Shown here piece after piece: positions 1 to 9,016 of a stretch of DNA of 35,695 nt. The stretch lies in contig JAITQU010000099.1 of assembly GCA_031288735.1 (NCBI GenBank), positions 1-35,695 of the forward strand. Reading direction: 5' to 3'. Source of the stretch: Christensenellaceae bacterium (GTDB lineage: Bacteria; Bacillota; Clostridia; Christensenellales; DTU072). The stretch's first letter is position 1; each line of letters begins with the position of its first letter. Made by a program: the position numbers and the translations under genes. The notes beneath the pieces are model-generated. The model did not search any database and was not told the origin of the DNA. It saw nothing but the letters and a program-made list of their open reading frames with translations.

Positions 1-2503
1 TTATAAACGCACTATCGACTAGAACATCCTGAGTTGAATAGATCCTACTAGCATATTGACTCCATTCGGATTTGTATTCAGACACTAATGAGTCAGCTAC
101 AGCTATAATGTAAACATAAGAAATGGCGGTTGAGAATGCATTATTTCCTAGTGTTGGGACAGACAAAGAATTCAGTGTAACAATCATAAGATTTGAGCAA
201 CCATAAAAAGCTCGAGCTCTTATTGACTCTAGTGAGGCAGGGAGTGTTACTGAAATCAGATTATTAGAATATAGAAACACTTCATCGTTTATCTCAGTAA
301 TGCCATCAGGAATAACAATGTGCGAGTCGCTCCCCAAGTAGCCAAGAAGAATACCTTGAGTAGGATTTACAATGAATTTGTCATCAATTATTTCCATTTG
401 AGTGTCCGAAAATAATATTTCTGAATATGTTCCCCAACTACTATGGCTTTTGTATGCTTCAAACAGCGCATCTGGGACTATTATGATCGATGCAAAAGTT
501 CCATAAGATGAGGTTCTAACTATCTCTCTATCGATTTCAGGCACACTAGAGCAATTCAAATAGACGATGAGCGTTGATTCGTTGTAATTATAAAATGCTC
601 TTTCTCCTATATATTCAACATTGCTAGGAATTGATACACTTTGTAAGCCTGACTCATAAAACGCCCTCCCACCAATTGTAGTTAATGTACTAGGAAATGA
701 CACGCTAGTTAAATTGTAAGTATAAGAAAATGCATATTCATCAATTGTAGTTACTCCCTCAGGTATCTCAACGCTCACTAAATTAGCAAAATCCGAAAAT
801 ACATATTTGCCAATTGTTGTAATTCCAGCAGGTATCACAACGTTAGTAGAGGAACCAATATATGAAATCAAAGTACTTGTAGCTTTATTAACAATAAATG
901 AATTTTGGATCGTTTCGATATTTGGATCATCAAGTGAAAAAATAATGGATTCCCATTCCACTAATGCATTCTTGTATGCTGATAAAAAGTTTGGGGGAAC
1001 TAATATTAGAGAAAGTGATTCAGGTAGATAAACCTCTATATTCGTATCTAAAAACGAAGTTGGAACACTGCCATTAAAAGTTAGAATCCTAAGCGCAGAG
1101 TATAATGATACTTCTTCTAGAGTGGTGAGTGTAGAGGGTAATACCAATTGGGATATAGGACAATTGAATATTGCTACGTTCTTAATCGTTTCTAAATTGC
1201 TTGTAATGGTTAAGTTTCTTAAATCAGAAGAGATAGAAAAGGCAAATGGATTTATAGTAAGAACATCATGAGATAACGTTATGTTAGTAGCTAACCCTGT
1301 GTATTTTAATAATTCACGAGAATTGCTAATTACAAAGCCATCTGATGTATAAACTAGCTCATTTTCAGAGTAAATCGAATCCTTAAATGACAAAGCCAAC
1401 TCGTCAGGCGACTCCTCCACCCACTGCCGTTTATATTCAGCCACTGATGTTTCTGGAACAATTATAATTGCAGTACAGGCAATGTCGTAAGCAAGCCCCA
1501 TAAATTCATCAATTTCAGGTGGTGTTAGTGCATTTATTTTTAAAATTCCAAAAAAACCTTCAAAGGCCGAACCAATATATTCTATACTTTGAGGAAGTTC
1601 TATATACTTGGTATTTAGATCTTCGAATGCAGCATCTTCGATTCTACTCCCGCCTGTTATTGTAACACTTTTTAGTTTTAATGGCATGTCTTCAGGAAAG
1701 ATATAGTAAAAAGATCCTTCGTCACCAGTAGCATCAGCACTTCCTCCTACGAATGGTAATGTTAAACTCTCCAAATTGTGGTTGTCATTGAAAACGCCTT
1801 CTTTAATTTTTGAAATCAATCTCCCATTGTAATACTGTGGGACAACATAACTAGGATTGTCACCATCTACAGAAATTAATTCGTAGGTATTATCATCTAA
1901 CGGAGCGAAAACGAACGGCGATTTGACATTAATAAGTATTGATGTAGATTTACCATTGTAAGAGACCGTGATGTTCTTTTCTCCTGCAGTTGCCGTGTCA
2001 AATCCAGAAAGCATGTTTAGTGTAATTTGAAGTTCGCTTGAGGAGCCGTCTTCAAAGCTAACAATTAATGTAGCGGTAGTAAATGGGTCACCTATGAAAT
2101 ATTCGGTATCAAACGTGCCGTCCTTTATAGCAATTTCACTAATAGGAGTTCCCACAGTTATATCAATTTGGGTTGTTTTTTCCAGGTATGTTATCGTTAC
2201 TGTCTTGACACCACTAGTTAAAGTGTCGAACCCAGAAAGCATATCGGCGGTAATATCAATTTCTTGCTTAGTCTCGTCTTTGTAAGTAATGCGCAATTTG
2301 GCACCAGAAAAAGGATCGCCAATGGCGTAGCTTTGGTTAAAAGTGCCTTCTACTACTTCAATACTCACGATTGGATTATCGGTTTTACATGCAAATAAGG
2401 TAAGAAGAAGAATAATAAGGAAAACAGCAAGAACCTTATATCGTCTTGATCTCTTGCCATTAGATATTTTTTGAGAAACAATATTTACAGAAGAGTTTTT
2501 CAT
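1..2503 (-). CDS. Surface lipoprotein with two Ig-like domains and BspA-type leucine-rich repeats; 3' end runs off the left edge (partial)
   Basis: Absent from the ORF track because it has no stop inside the window. My own minus-strand translation from ATG 2503 is open down to position 2. AAAGGA lies ~10 nt upstream; an alternative in-frame ATG is at 2539. N-terminus MKNSSVNIVSQKISNGKRSRRYKVLAVFLIILLLTLFAC|KTDN is a lipoprotein signal with lipobox LFAC. Two ~75-aa Ig-like repeats follow (IVSIEVVEGTFNQSYAIGDPFSGAKLRITYKDETKQEIDITADMLSGFDT...; ISEIAIKDGTFDTEYFIGDPFTTATLIVSFEDGSSSELQITLNMLSGFDT...). After these come repeated units such as VVIPAGITTIGKYVFSDFANLVSVEIPEGVTTIDEYAFSYTYNLTSVSFPSTLTTIGGRAFY, typical of LRR_5/BspA-type repeats. 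Confidence 0.8.
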   Translation of the reverse strand, partial: MKNSSVNIVSQKISNGKRSRRYKVLAVFLIILLLTLFACKTDNPIVSIEVVEGTFNQSYAIGDPFSGAKLRITYKDETKQEIDITADMLSGFDTLTSGVKTVTITYLEKTTQIDITVGTPISEIAIKDGTFDTEYFIGDPFTTATLIVSFEDGSSSELQITLNMLSGFDTATAGEKNITVSYNGKSTSILINVKSPFVFAPLDDNTYELISVDGDNPSYVVPQYYNGRLISKIKEGVFNDNHNLESLTLPFVGGSADATGDEGSFYYIFPEDMPLKLKSVTITGGSRIEDAAFEDLNTKYIELPQSIEYIGSAFEGFFGILKINALTPPEIDEFMGLAYDIACTAIIIVPETSVAEYKRQWVEESPDELALSFKDSIYSENELVYTSDGFVISNSRELLKYTGLATNITLSHDVLTINPFAFSISSDLRNLTITSNLETIKNVAIFNCPISQLVLPSTLTTLEEVSLYSALRILTFNGSVPTSFLDTNIEVYLPESLSLILVPPNFLSAYKNALVEWESIIFSLDDPNIETIQNSFIVNKATSTLISYIGSSTNVVIPAGITTIGKYVFSDFANLVSVEIPEGVTTIDEYAFSYTYNLTSVSFPSTLTTIGGRAFYESGLQSVSIPSNVEYIGERAFYNYNESTLIVYLNCSSVPEIDREIVRTSSYGTFASIIIVPDALFEAYKSHSSWGTYSEILFSDTQMEIIDDKFIVNPTQGILLGYLGSDSHIVIPDGITEINDEVFLYSNNLISVTLPASLESIRARAFYGCSNLMIVTLNSLSVPTLGNNAFSTAISYVYIIAVADSLVSEYKSEWSQYASRIYSTQDVLVDSAFI

Positions 2504-2765
2504 AAGAAATGATTCCTTTAAATTTTTTTTAGTTTCCATGATGTCTAAAATTTGGATATTTTACTTAGTAATTAGGTTCTATTAATATGAAGTGAAAAAT
2601 GAATAGGTCGAGGTCGAGTGTCAATTTATTTAATTATACCATTTTTATCCGTTAAATGTTATTCGATTACCTAAAATTTTAAGTGAAATGATTGAGTAGT
2701 AAATTACCAAAGACGGGATTTCAATTGTTTGTTTTTTATCCACATAAATGATATACTAAATATTG

Positions 2766-4490
2766 ATGAAGATATTGTTCAAATTTTTGAAACCGTACAG
2801 AACTGCAACGATTCTTGGATTGGCTGCTAAATTTATTGAAACCATCCTTGAGCTATTTTTGCCACTGCTTATGGCAAAACTTATTAAACAAAATTTTTCT
2901 AACTTTGACATTTCATATACTATCAAAGTGTCTCTTTTAGTTTTGGCTATCATTCTTGTAAATATTGTCCTTGCTATGTTGGGGCAGTTTTTTGCTGCAA
3001 AAGCGAGCACCTCATTCGGAAACGATTTGAGAAGATCAACATTTAAGCATATCAACTCACTTACATTTTCAAATATTGACAAAATCGGTGCTGGTTCGTT
3101 AATTACTCGTCTAACTAATGATATAGCATCCGTTCAACAAATAATTTTCATGACTATAAGAATTGGACTACGGGCACCATTTATTGCAATTGGCGCAATA
3201 ACAATGACAATGATACTTGCTCCTGACATTTCACTAGTTCTTATTTCTATAGTGCTGATATTAAGTCTAATTATAGTATTAATTGTCAAATTAAATGCAC
3301 CTGTTTTTAGAGATGTTAGAAAGAAACTAGATAGAATAGCCATAATAACGAGTGAAAACATCTCTGGAGCGCGAGTTGTAAGAGCGTATTCTAGACAATC
3401 TACTGAGATAGAACGCCTCACAAAATCAGCTGCCGAATACAAAACCGCAACACTTAGAGCAACACGTCTGTCAATATTAATGCACCCAATTAGCACTTTA
3501 CTGGTGCAGTTAGGTATTTTTACAATTATTGTAATAGGTGCATATAATTATGATCGAACACAGGTTGCTAATCTTACAGCCTTTGTCACATATCTCACCC
3601 AAATTCTCTTAGCTATCACTATAATATCAAACCTTGCTAACGTTTTTGTTAGAGGTTTTACAGGAGTCTTGCGAATTAATGAGGTTCTCAAATTACCATT
3701 AACTGAAAATCCAAAGGGTGGCATTTGTGAGCTTAGCGAGATCGATCTAAAGTCGCCACCAATTGAATTTAAAGAGGTTTCTGCTGGCTATGGAAACAGT
3801 TGTGCAAATATATTAAACAATATATCGTTCAAACTTGAATCTGGTCAAAAACTTGGAATTATTGGAGGCACTGGTAGTGGAAAAAGCTCGCTCATAAGTC
3901 TAATTCCAGCATTTTATCAAGCAAGAAGTGGTCAGGTTTTGGTTTTTGGAAGAAATGTACTTGAATTTTACCCTGTTTTTCTACGCAAGCTAATTTCAGT
4001 AGTTTTTCAGAAAGCATCTCTTATATCTGGCACAGTAAGAGACAATATTGCCTTTGGTAGAGACATTTCCGATCAGGAAATATTAAAAGCTCTCAAAACA
4101 TCTCAATCGGACTTTGTACTCTCATCTAATGATTGCTTAGATAAAATTATTGAAAGAGATGGCCTTAATCTTTCTGGTGGACAAAAACAACGACTTGCAA
4201 TAGCAAGGGCACTTGCGGGAGATCCCAAAATTTTAATTTTAGATGACAGTGCTAGTGCACTAGACTATGCTACAAATAGAGCACTCAATGATTCGATAAT
4301 TACTAATTACCCATCCACTATACAGATTATTGTATCTCAAAGGGCCTTTGCTATTAGAGAAACGGATACAATTCTTGTTCTTGACAACGGCAATATTGTA
4401 GGACTAGGTTGCCATGATGACCTTGTTTTAAATAATCCAACCTATAAGGCCATATACATGTCGCAAATTCCTAATTCAGGTGTTAAATGA
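2766..4490 (+). CDS. ABC exporter permease/ATPase fusion, subunit carrying the degenerate nucleotide-binding site
   Basis: The track ORF starts at TTG 2763; ATG 2766 is the likelier start. An N-terminal multi-TM exporter domain is followed by an NBD. NBD motifs: Walker A GGTGSGKSS, signature LSGGQKQRLAIARAL, Walker B ILILDD (Asp where the catalytic Glu normally sits), H-loop position Gln (IIVSQRAF). The TGA stop overlaps the next start (ATGA 4487-4490). Confidence 0.9.
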   Translation: MKILFKFLKPYRTATILGLAAKFIETILELFLPLLMAKLIKQNFSNFDISYTIKVSLLVLAIILVNIVLAMLGQFFAAKASTSFGNDLRRSTFKHINSLTFSNIDKIGAGSLITRLTNDIASVQQIIFMTIRIGLRAPFIAIGAITMTMILAPDISLVLISIVLILSLIIVLIVKLNAPVFRDVRKKLDRIAIITSENISGARVVRAYSRQSTEIERLTKSAAEYKTATLRATRLSILMHPISTLLVQLGIFTIIVIGAYNYDRTQVANLTAFVTYLTQILLAITIISNLANVFVRGFTGVLRINEVLKLPLTENPKGGICELSEIDLKSPPIEFKEVSAGYGNSCANILNNISFKLESGQKLGIIGGTGSGKSSLISLIPAFYQARSGQVLVFGRNVLEFYPVFLRKLISVVFQKASLISGTVRDNIAFGRDISDQEILKALKTSQSDFVLSSNDCLDKIIERDGLNLSGGQKQRLAIARALAGDPKILILDDSASALDYATNRALNDSIITNYPSTIQIIVSQRAFAIRETDTILVLDNGNIVGLGCHDDLVLNNPTYKAIYMSQIPNSGVK

Positions 4491-6232
4491 CTAAGAAAAT
4501 ATCACATCAGCACGCAATAACACTTCTTCGTGAACTTATCAAAGATAAGCATGGTCTCATCTTTATTTCGCTCATTCTTTCAATAATTGTAACTGTTGCT
4601 TCAATCGCAGTGCCTTTCATGGCAGGGAAAGCAATTGATATAATTACAAGTGATGGATTCGGACAAATACTTGTACAAATGTCAATAACTGCTGGACTTA
4701 TAACTATCTCTGGTGCCGTTTCTGCCTATTTGTCATCCTATTTAAATAACGTTATTGCACAACGATCCTCTGAACAGCTACGCAAAATGCTTATAGAGAA
4801 AATTCAAAAAATACCATTCAATTCACTCGATAAGATTTCAAGAGGCGATCTTGTAAGTCGAATGACTAATGACATTGAGCTTGTAGGTGACGGGTTACTG
4901 CAACTACTTGACGAACTTTTTTATGGCGTTTGCACTGTTATTGCAACAATGTCATTCATGCTCTATATCAATGTTTATGTGGCACTAGCAATTATCCTTC
5001 TAACACCAATATCAATTCTTACGACATCTAAAATAACAAAAAAAACCCAGAAGTTTTTTAGAAAGCAGCAAAAGGATTTAGGTTTATTGAGTGGATTATC
5101 TGATGAGATGATTTCGCATCAAAAGCTAATTTTAGCCTATAATTATCAATCTACATCAATGGATCGCTTTGAAGCTATAAACAATGAGTATCGTTCATCG
5201 TCAATGCGATCAAACTTTTATTCATCAATAAATAATCCGATCACGCGCTTTATAAATAATATTGCCTATCTTGCAGCTGGAATATTAGGTGTGGTGCTAA
5301 AGCTTAGTGCTGGGAGTATAGGTAGTTTTCTTGTCTATGCGTTACGGTTTGCACGTCCGTTTAATGAAATCGGAAATCTAATGCCAGAGTTGCAACGCGC
5401 TAGTGCATCTGCATCTCGTATCGTTGAAATTCTTAGCATGAACTCAATCGAAGAGACGGCAAGTCAAGAAATTGTCACTGAAAGTGTAAAGGGAGTTATT
5501 GAATTTAGAGATGTCTCTTTTTCATACGACCCTTCAAGGCCACTAATTCAAAATTTTAATCTGAGCGTTAAACCTGGTCAGAGAATTGCAATTGTTGGGA
5601 AAACTGGGAGCGGTAAAACTACACTTGTTAACCTCCTAATGCGATTTTATGATATCAACTCTGGACAAATTCTAATTGATGGATATGACATTTCTAATAT
5701 AACCATTGATTCTCTTAGAAATTGCTTTGGTATGGTCTTGCAAGATAGTTGGACATTTGATGCTACCATTTCAGAAAATATTGCATACTCTAAAAAGGAA
5801 GCTTCTGAGCATGAAATCATTAGTGCTTCAAAAGCAGCATATTGCCATGAATTTGTTATGGTTACAGAAAACATGTACGATACAATTTTAAATGAAAGTG
5901 GTGGAAGCTTATCGGATGGACAAAAGCAATTAATATGTATCGCACGTGTTATGTTAAAAGATGCGCCAATTTTAATACTAGATGAGGCAACAAGCAATAT
6001 CGATACCCATACTGAAAAACTAGTTCAAGAAACATTTGACCTGATGACCGTAGGAAAAACAGGGTTTATTATAGCGCATAGATTATCAACAATTCGAAAC
6101 GCTGATTTGATTCTTGTTTTAGAAAATGGAGAAATTGTAGAACAAGGGACACACGACCAATTGTTATTAAATAAGGGTCAATATTTTGATCTTTACAACA
6201 GTCAGTTTTCAGTATTAGAAAGGTTAAAATAG
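4487..6232 (+). CDS. ABC exporter permease/ATPase fusion, subunit carrying the consensus nucleotide-binding site
   Basis: TM domain plus NBD. Motifs: Walker A GKTGSGKTT, Walker B ILILDE (catalytic Glu present), H-loop FIIAHRLST, and a non-canonical signature LSDGQKQ. Translationally coupled to the upstream gene by a 4-nt overlap. Confidence 0.9.
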   Translation: MTKKISHQHAITLLRELIKDKHGLIFISLILSIIVTVASIAVPFMAGKAIDIITSDGFGQILVQMSITAGLITISGAVSAYLSSYLNNVIAQRSSEQLRKMLIEKIQKIPFNSLDKISRGDLVSRMTNDIELVGDGLLQLLDELFYGVCTVIATMSFMLYINVYVALAIILLTPISILTTSKITKKTQKFFRKQQKDLGLLSGLSDEMISHQKLILAYNYQSTSMDRFEAINNEYRSSSMRSNFYSSINNPITRFINNIAYLAAGILGVVLKLSAGSIGSFLVYALRFARPFNEIGNLMPELQRASASASRIVEILSMNSIEETASQEIVTESVKGVIEFRDVSFSYDPSRPLIQNFNLSVKPGQRIAIVGKTGSGKTTLVNLLMRFYDINSGQILIDGYDISNITIDSLRNCFGMVLQDSWTFDATISENIAYSKKEASEHEIISASKAAYCHEFVMVTENMYDTILNESGGSLSDGQKQLICIARVMLKDAPILILDEATSNIDTHTEKLVQETFDLMTVGKTGFIIAHRLSTIRNADLILVLENGEIVEQGTHDQLLLNKGQYFDLYNSQFSVLERLK

Positions 6233-6874
6233 CTTTATAATTTTCAAAATAAATTACTTTCTAAATTTGATAGAGTCTTTACAGCTTCATTTCTCATACA
6301 CCATATAAACATATTAAAGCACTCACATATTTGAGCACCATGAGAAGAAAATGCCTAAATCTAAACGACGAGTTGAGAGAGTAATCATAGGACCAGAGTA
6401 AACTTATGCGCTAAGAAATCAAATATATGTATACTTAAAATTAAAACAAGTCTCTATTTGGTAAAAACCAAACGACCAAAAAACGCTCAAAGAAAGTTTT
6501 AAAAAGCCTTGAATTCGTATATATATTAGAGAAAACCATGGAATATACATTTTTAATCTAAACGATGAAATGCTCGCATCCGCATCGAAAATTACTTGAT
6601 GCTCGGGCGTATTCCAATGGCGGTGTCTTGAATTAATTGCCAAATGGAGTGCGGGCCGCATTAAATCAATTTATTTCCTTTCTTTGAGAAAAACTCCCTT
6701 AGTTTAGAGTAGGTAAGAAGCATCTTAGACGACAAGCGCATTTTTTAAGCAAATGAGATTCAAGAGGTAAAGCTTCAAAATTACAATGAAACAGAAACGG
6801 TTGACTATATACTGCTAAGCTTATTGAAGATACAAGACAATGATGAAATGCCTCGATCCGTCTGTGAATTTTGA

Positions 6875-7102
6875 TCGGTGGAGGTAGTCGTGTAGCCATA
6901 AAGGGCGGGTCGTGCACTAGTTTCCACGCAGAAAATCTGCCATGGCATATAGACAATTATTCGACTGCCTAAACTAGCAAGACACACGCTAATTAAATCG
7001 AGCTATTCCATTACCAATTTTATTTTTACACCCGTTCACACAGGAAAGAGAATGTGTAGTCTATGGCATCAATTATTTTATCCGCATAAATCCAATATTT
7101 AG
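6875..7102 (+). pseudogene. Possible highly decayed tnpB-like relic (C-terminal part), low confidence
   Basis: One plus-strand frame (codons starting 6875, 6878...) reads SVEVVV*P*RAGRALVSTQKICHGI*TIIRLPKLARHTLIKSSYSITNFIFTPVHTGKRMCSLWHQLFYPHKSNI*. EVVV matches the EVVV of the better relic at 21237-21248. AGRALV..STQK.C.G, L.KLAR, RMCSLW and a terminal ..NI loosely follow the TnpB order yG..lv...TSQ.C..CG / L.LS.R..C..CG / NAA.NI, with deletions. Each match is weak on its own. Confidence 0.3.
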
Positions 7103-7639
7103 GTATGTACTTTTGAGAGTATCGTTACAAAGGTAGTAAAATACTAGGCGAAATACGGTGTCACATATTTTGAAAACTCGAGTCCTTTCATACTTTATAG
7201 GCTTTGGTATACGATGCGCTAGAGAGTATAACAAGAGAGCACACTCATCATATAGTGAACGCACAAAACTCCTTATCATAATTTCGACTATCCGATAAGC
7301 GCAAGCGAGATTATGATATTTTTCATTGTGAAATCAGAAGATGCTTAATACAAATTATTTAGGTGAAGCGATAGAAGCAACAAAAGTTTAACGAACCCAG
7401 ATGCCAACAAACCAAAACCAAAGATATTTCAAAATAAGCATTTTTGTATGCGGTAAACCAAAAACGACTAAGAAAACGACTATAAAAAGAGTGGCTTGAA
7501 AGAAGTCGGCCTTTAAGGTTGAGGGATGCTGAAATTAGGGTAAAAATCGTTCGAATTTAATGATGCTGTAGGCATTTTGATAAAGTAAATCCTTAACTTA
7601 AGTTTTTTAAATCTTTATTAGCGACTAATAAAAAACGCA

Positions 7640-8977
7640 TCAATTGTTTACTTCATCTTCAAAGATAATGGTCTTTGCAAACTTTCTTGAATCCTCTGCC
7701 GCAAATGCTAGTCTATGACTTTCAAGAGTGTCTTCAATAGTTGAAAGACGAGTAGTAGCCACGCCACTTCTTAGAAAGTCTAGGAAATCATTCACAAGCA
7801 TTGAATCACCACCAAAATGGTTAAAGAGATTCCCGGCTTTAACTTTGACAGTTTTAGAGGGGCCGCCGAATATTTTAAGTTCTAGTTTAGCAGATTTGTC
7901 GTTTCCAAAGATTTCGCCTTTCGTCCCAAAGATGTGTATGCGTCTATAGTTACTTTTAGAAAAAGCAGTCATTGTTAGTGTTGCGTTAACGTTGTTTTCT
8001 AAACGCATTGTTACAACTTGGTTTTCCACCACATCATTGTCACATTTATATACACATCGGCCATAGGGGGAAGTTTTAAGTGCCTCCTTGAGATCACGAT
8101 ATCTTGGGTTTCCATTTCCTGTAATCAGTTTGATCTTAACTAGTAATAAAGGCAGTGTGTGCCGTGTAATACCATAATATATTTTTTTCACATCGTATGG
8201 GCATTTTTTTCTATTGGGACATGGATCTAGACAATAATCGGTTGCATTATCTGGTGCGTTTTCATTTAAAAAAAGCTTTCGAGAACTAGTACTGTACAAT
8301 TCCTTGCATTTTGCACCAGAAAAATAATAAATTAGGTCTAAGTCGTGACAGCACTTGGTAAGAATTGTCGGTCCAGATTCTTTACTATTACGCCAGTTAC
8401 CTCTTACATAGCTATGGCTGAAATGCCAATAAGCGACATTTTCAATATCGTTAATTGAAACGACTTCACCAATTATACCACTATCGATAAGTGATTTAAT
8501 TTTATCATAAAAGGCTGAATATCTAAGCACATGACAGACAACAACATTTAAATTTTTTTCCTTAGCAAGACGTGTTATTTCTAAACACTCATTCCAATCA
8601 GGAGATACGGGCTTTTCTAGTAATAGATGATAACCTAGGTCTAATGCTTTAATAGCATGCCTATAATGATCCTTATCCTGCGTTGCGATGACTAGCGCAT
8701 CAGCAAGTTTACCAGCAGCAAAAAAATCATCGTCAGAGATGTAAACTGCATCATCTTTTAAGCCATATGTTTGCTTACAAGATTCAAGTATACTAGCATT
8801 TTTATCGCAAAGTGCAGAAATTTGAACATCTGAGTGCAAATGCAGATTGTTAGCATAAATGCGCCCTCTATTTCCAAGACCAATTAGTGCAATTTTCAAT
8901 ATTTCCTCTTTAATAATGATGTTGTTTATATTTAGCCGTATGGTTAACAACATATTTTTTAAATTCGAATAATTCAA
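7640..8977 (-). CDS. Gfo/Idh/MocA-family NAD(P)-dependent oxidoreductase
   Basis: Rossmann motif KIALIGLGNRGRIYA and the family EKP motif (HLLLEKPVS). The true start is probably TTG at 8899, giving MKIALIGLG..., preceded by AGAGGAAA. The ATG at 8977 adds 26 atypical residues. The gene lies 39 nt (or 117 nt) downstream of the giant gene's stop on the same strand, with no obvious terminator between them. Confidence 0.85.
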   Translation of the reverse strand: MNYSNLKNMLLTIRLNINNIIIKEEILKIALIGLGNRGRIYANNLHLHSDVQISALCDKNASILESCKQTYGLKDDAVYISDDDFFAAGKLADALVIATQDKDHYRHAIKALDLGYHLLLEKPVSPDWNECLEITRLAKEKNLNVVVCHVLRYSAFYDKIKSLIDSGIIGEVVSINDIENVAYWHFSHSYVRGNWRNSKESGPTILTKCCHDLDLIYYFSGAKCKELYSTSSRKLFLNENAPDNATDYCLDPCPNRKKCPYDVKKIYYGITRHTLPLLLVKIKLITGNGNPRYRDLKEALKTSPYGRCVYKCDNDVVENQVVTMRLENNVNATLTMTAFSKSNYRRIHIFGTKGEIFGNDKSAKLELKIFGGPSKTVKVKAGNLFNHFGGDSMLVNDFLDFLRSGVATTRLSTIEDTLESHRLAFAAEDSRKFAKTIIFEDEVNN

Positions 8978-9016
8978 TTAGACTTACAATTTAAGAATGC
9001 TTAGTTAATTTTTTAA

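Noticed and set aside
2756-5997. Antisense or alternative-frame ORFs overlap the ABC genes: 2756-3082, 3134-3496, 5647-5997 and 5706-5891.
   Set aside because: They are fully embedded in two well-supported ABC transporter frames and carry no independent signals.
6419-7279. Four minus-strand ORFs of 60-85 aa lie in the ORF-free region: 6419-6661, 6699-6956, 6805-6987 and 7073-7279.
   Set aside because: They overlap one another in different frames and have no RBS. They translate to Cys/His/Arg-rich sequences unlike the Lys/Asn/Ile-rich real proteins here. A DADASISS string at 6562-6588 looked briefly like a RuvC-III motif, but the following residues do not fit.
7549-7556. GTTCGAAT, a tRNA T-loop-like string.
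   Set aside because: No flanking GC-rich T-stem, acceptor stem or anticodon arm can be drawn around it.
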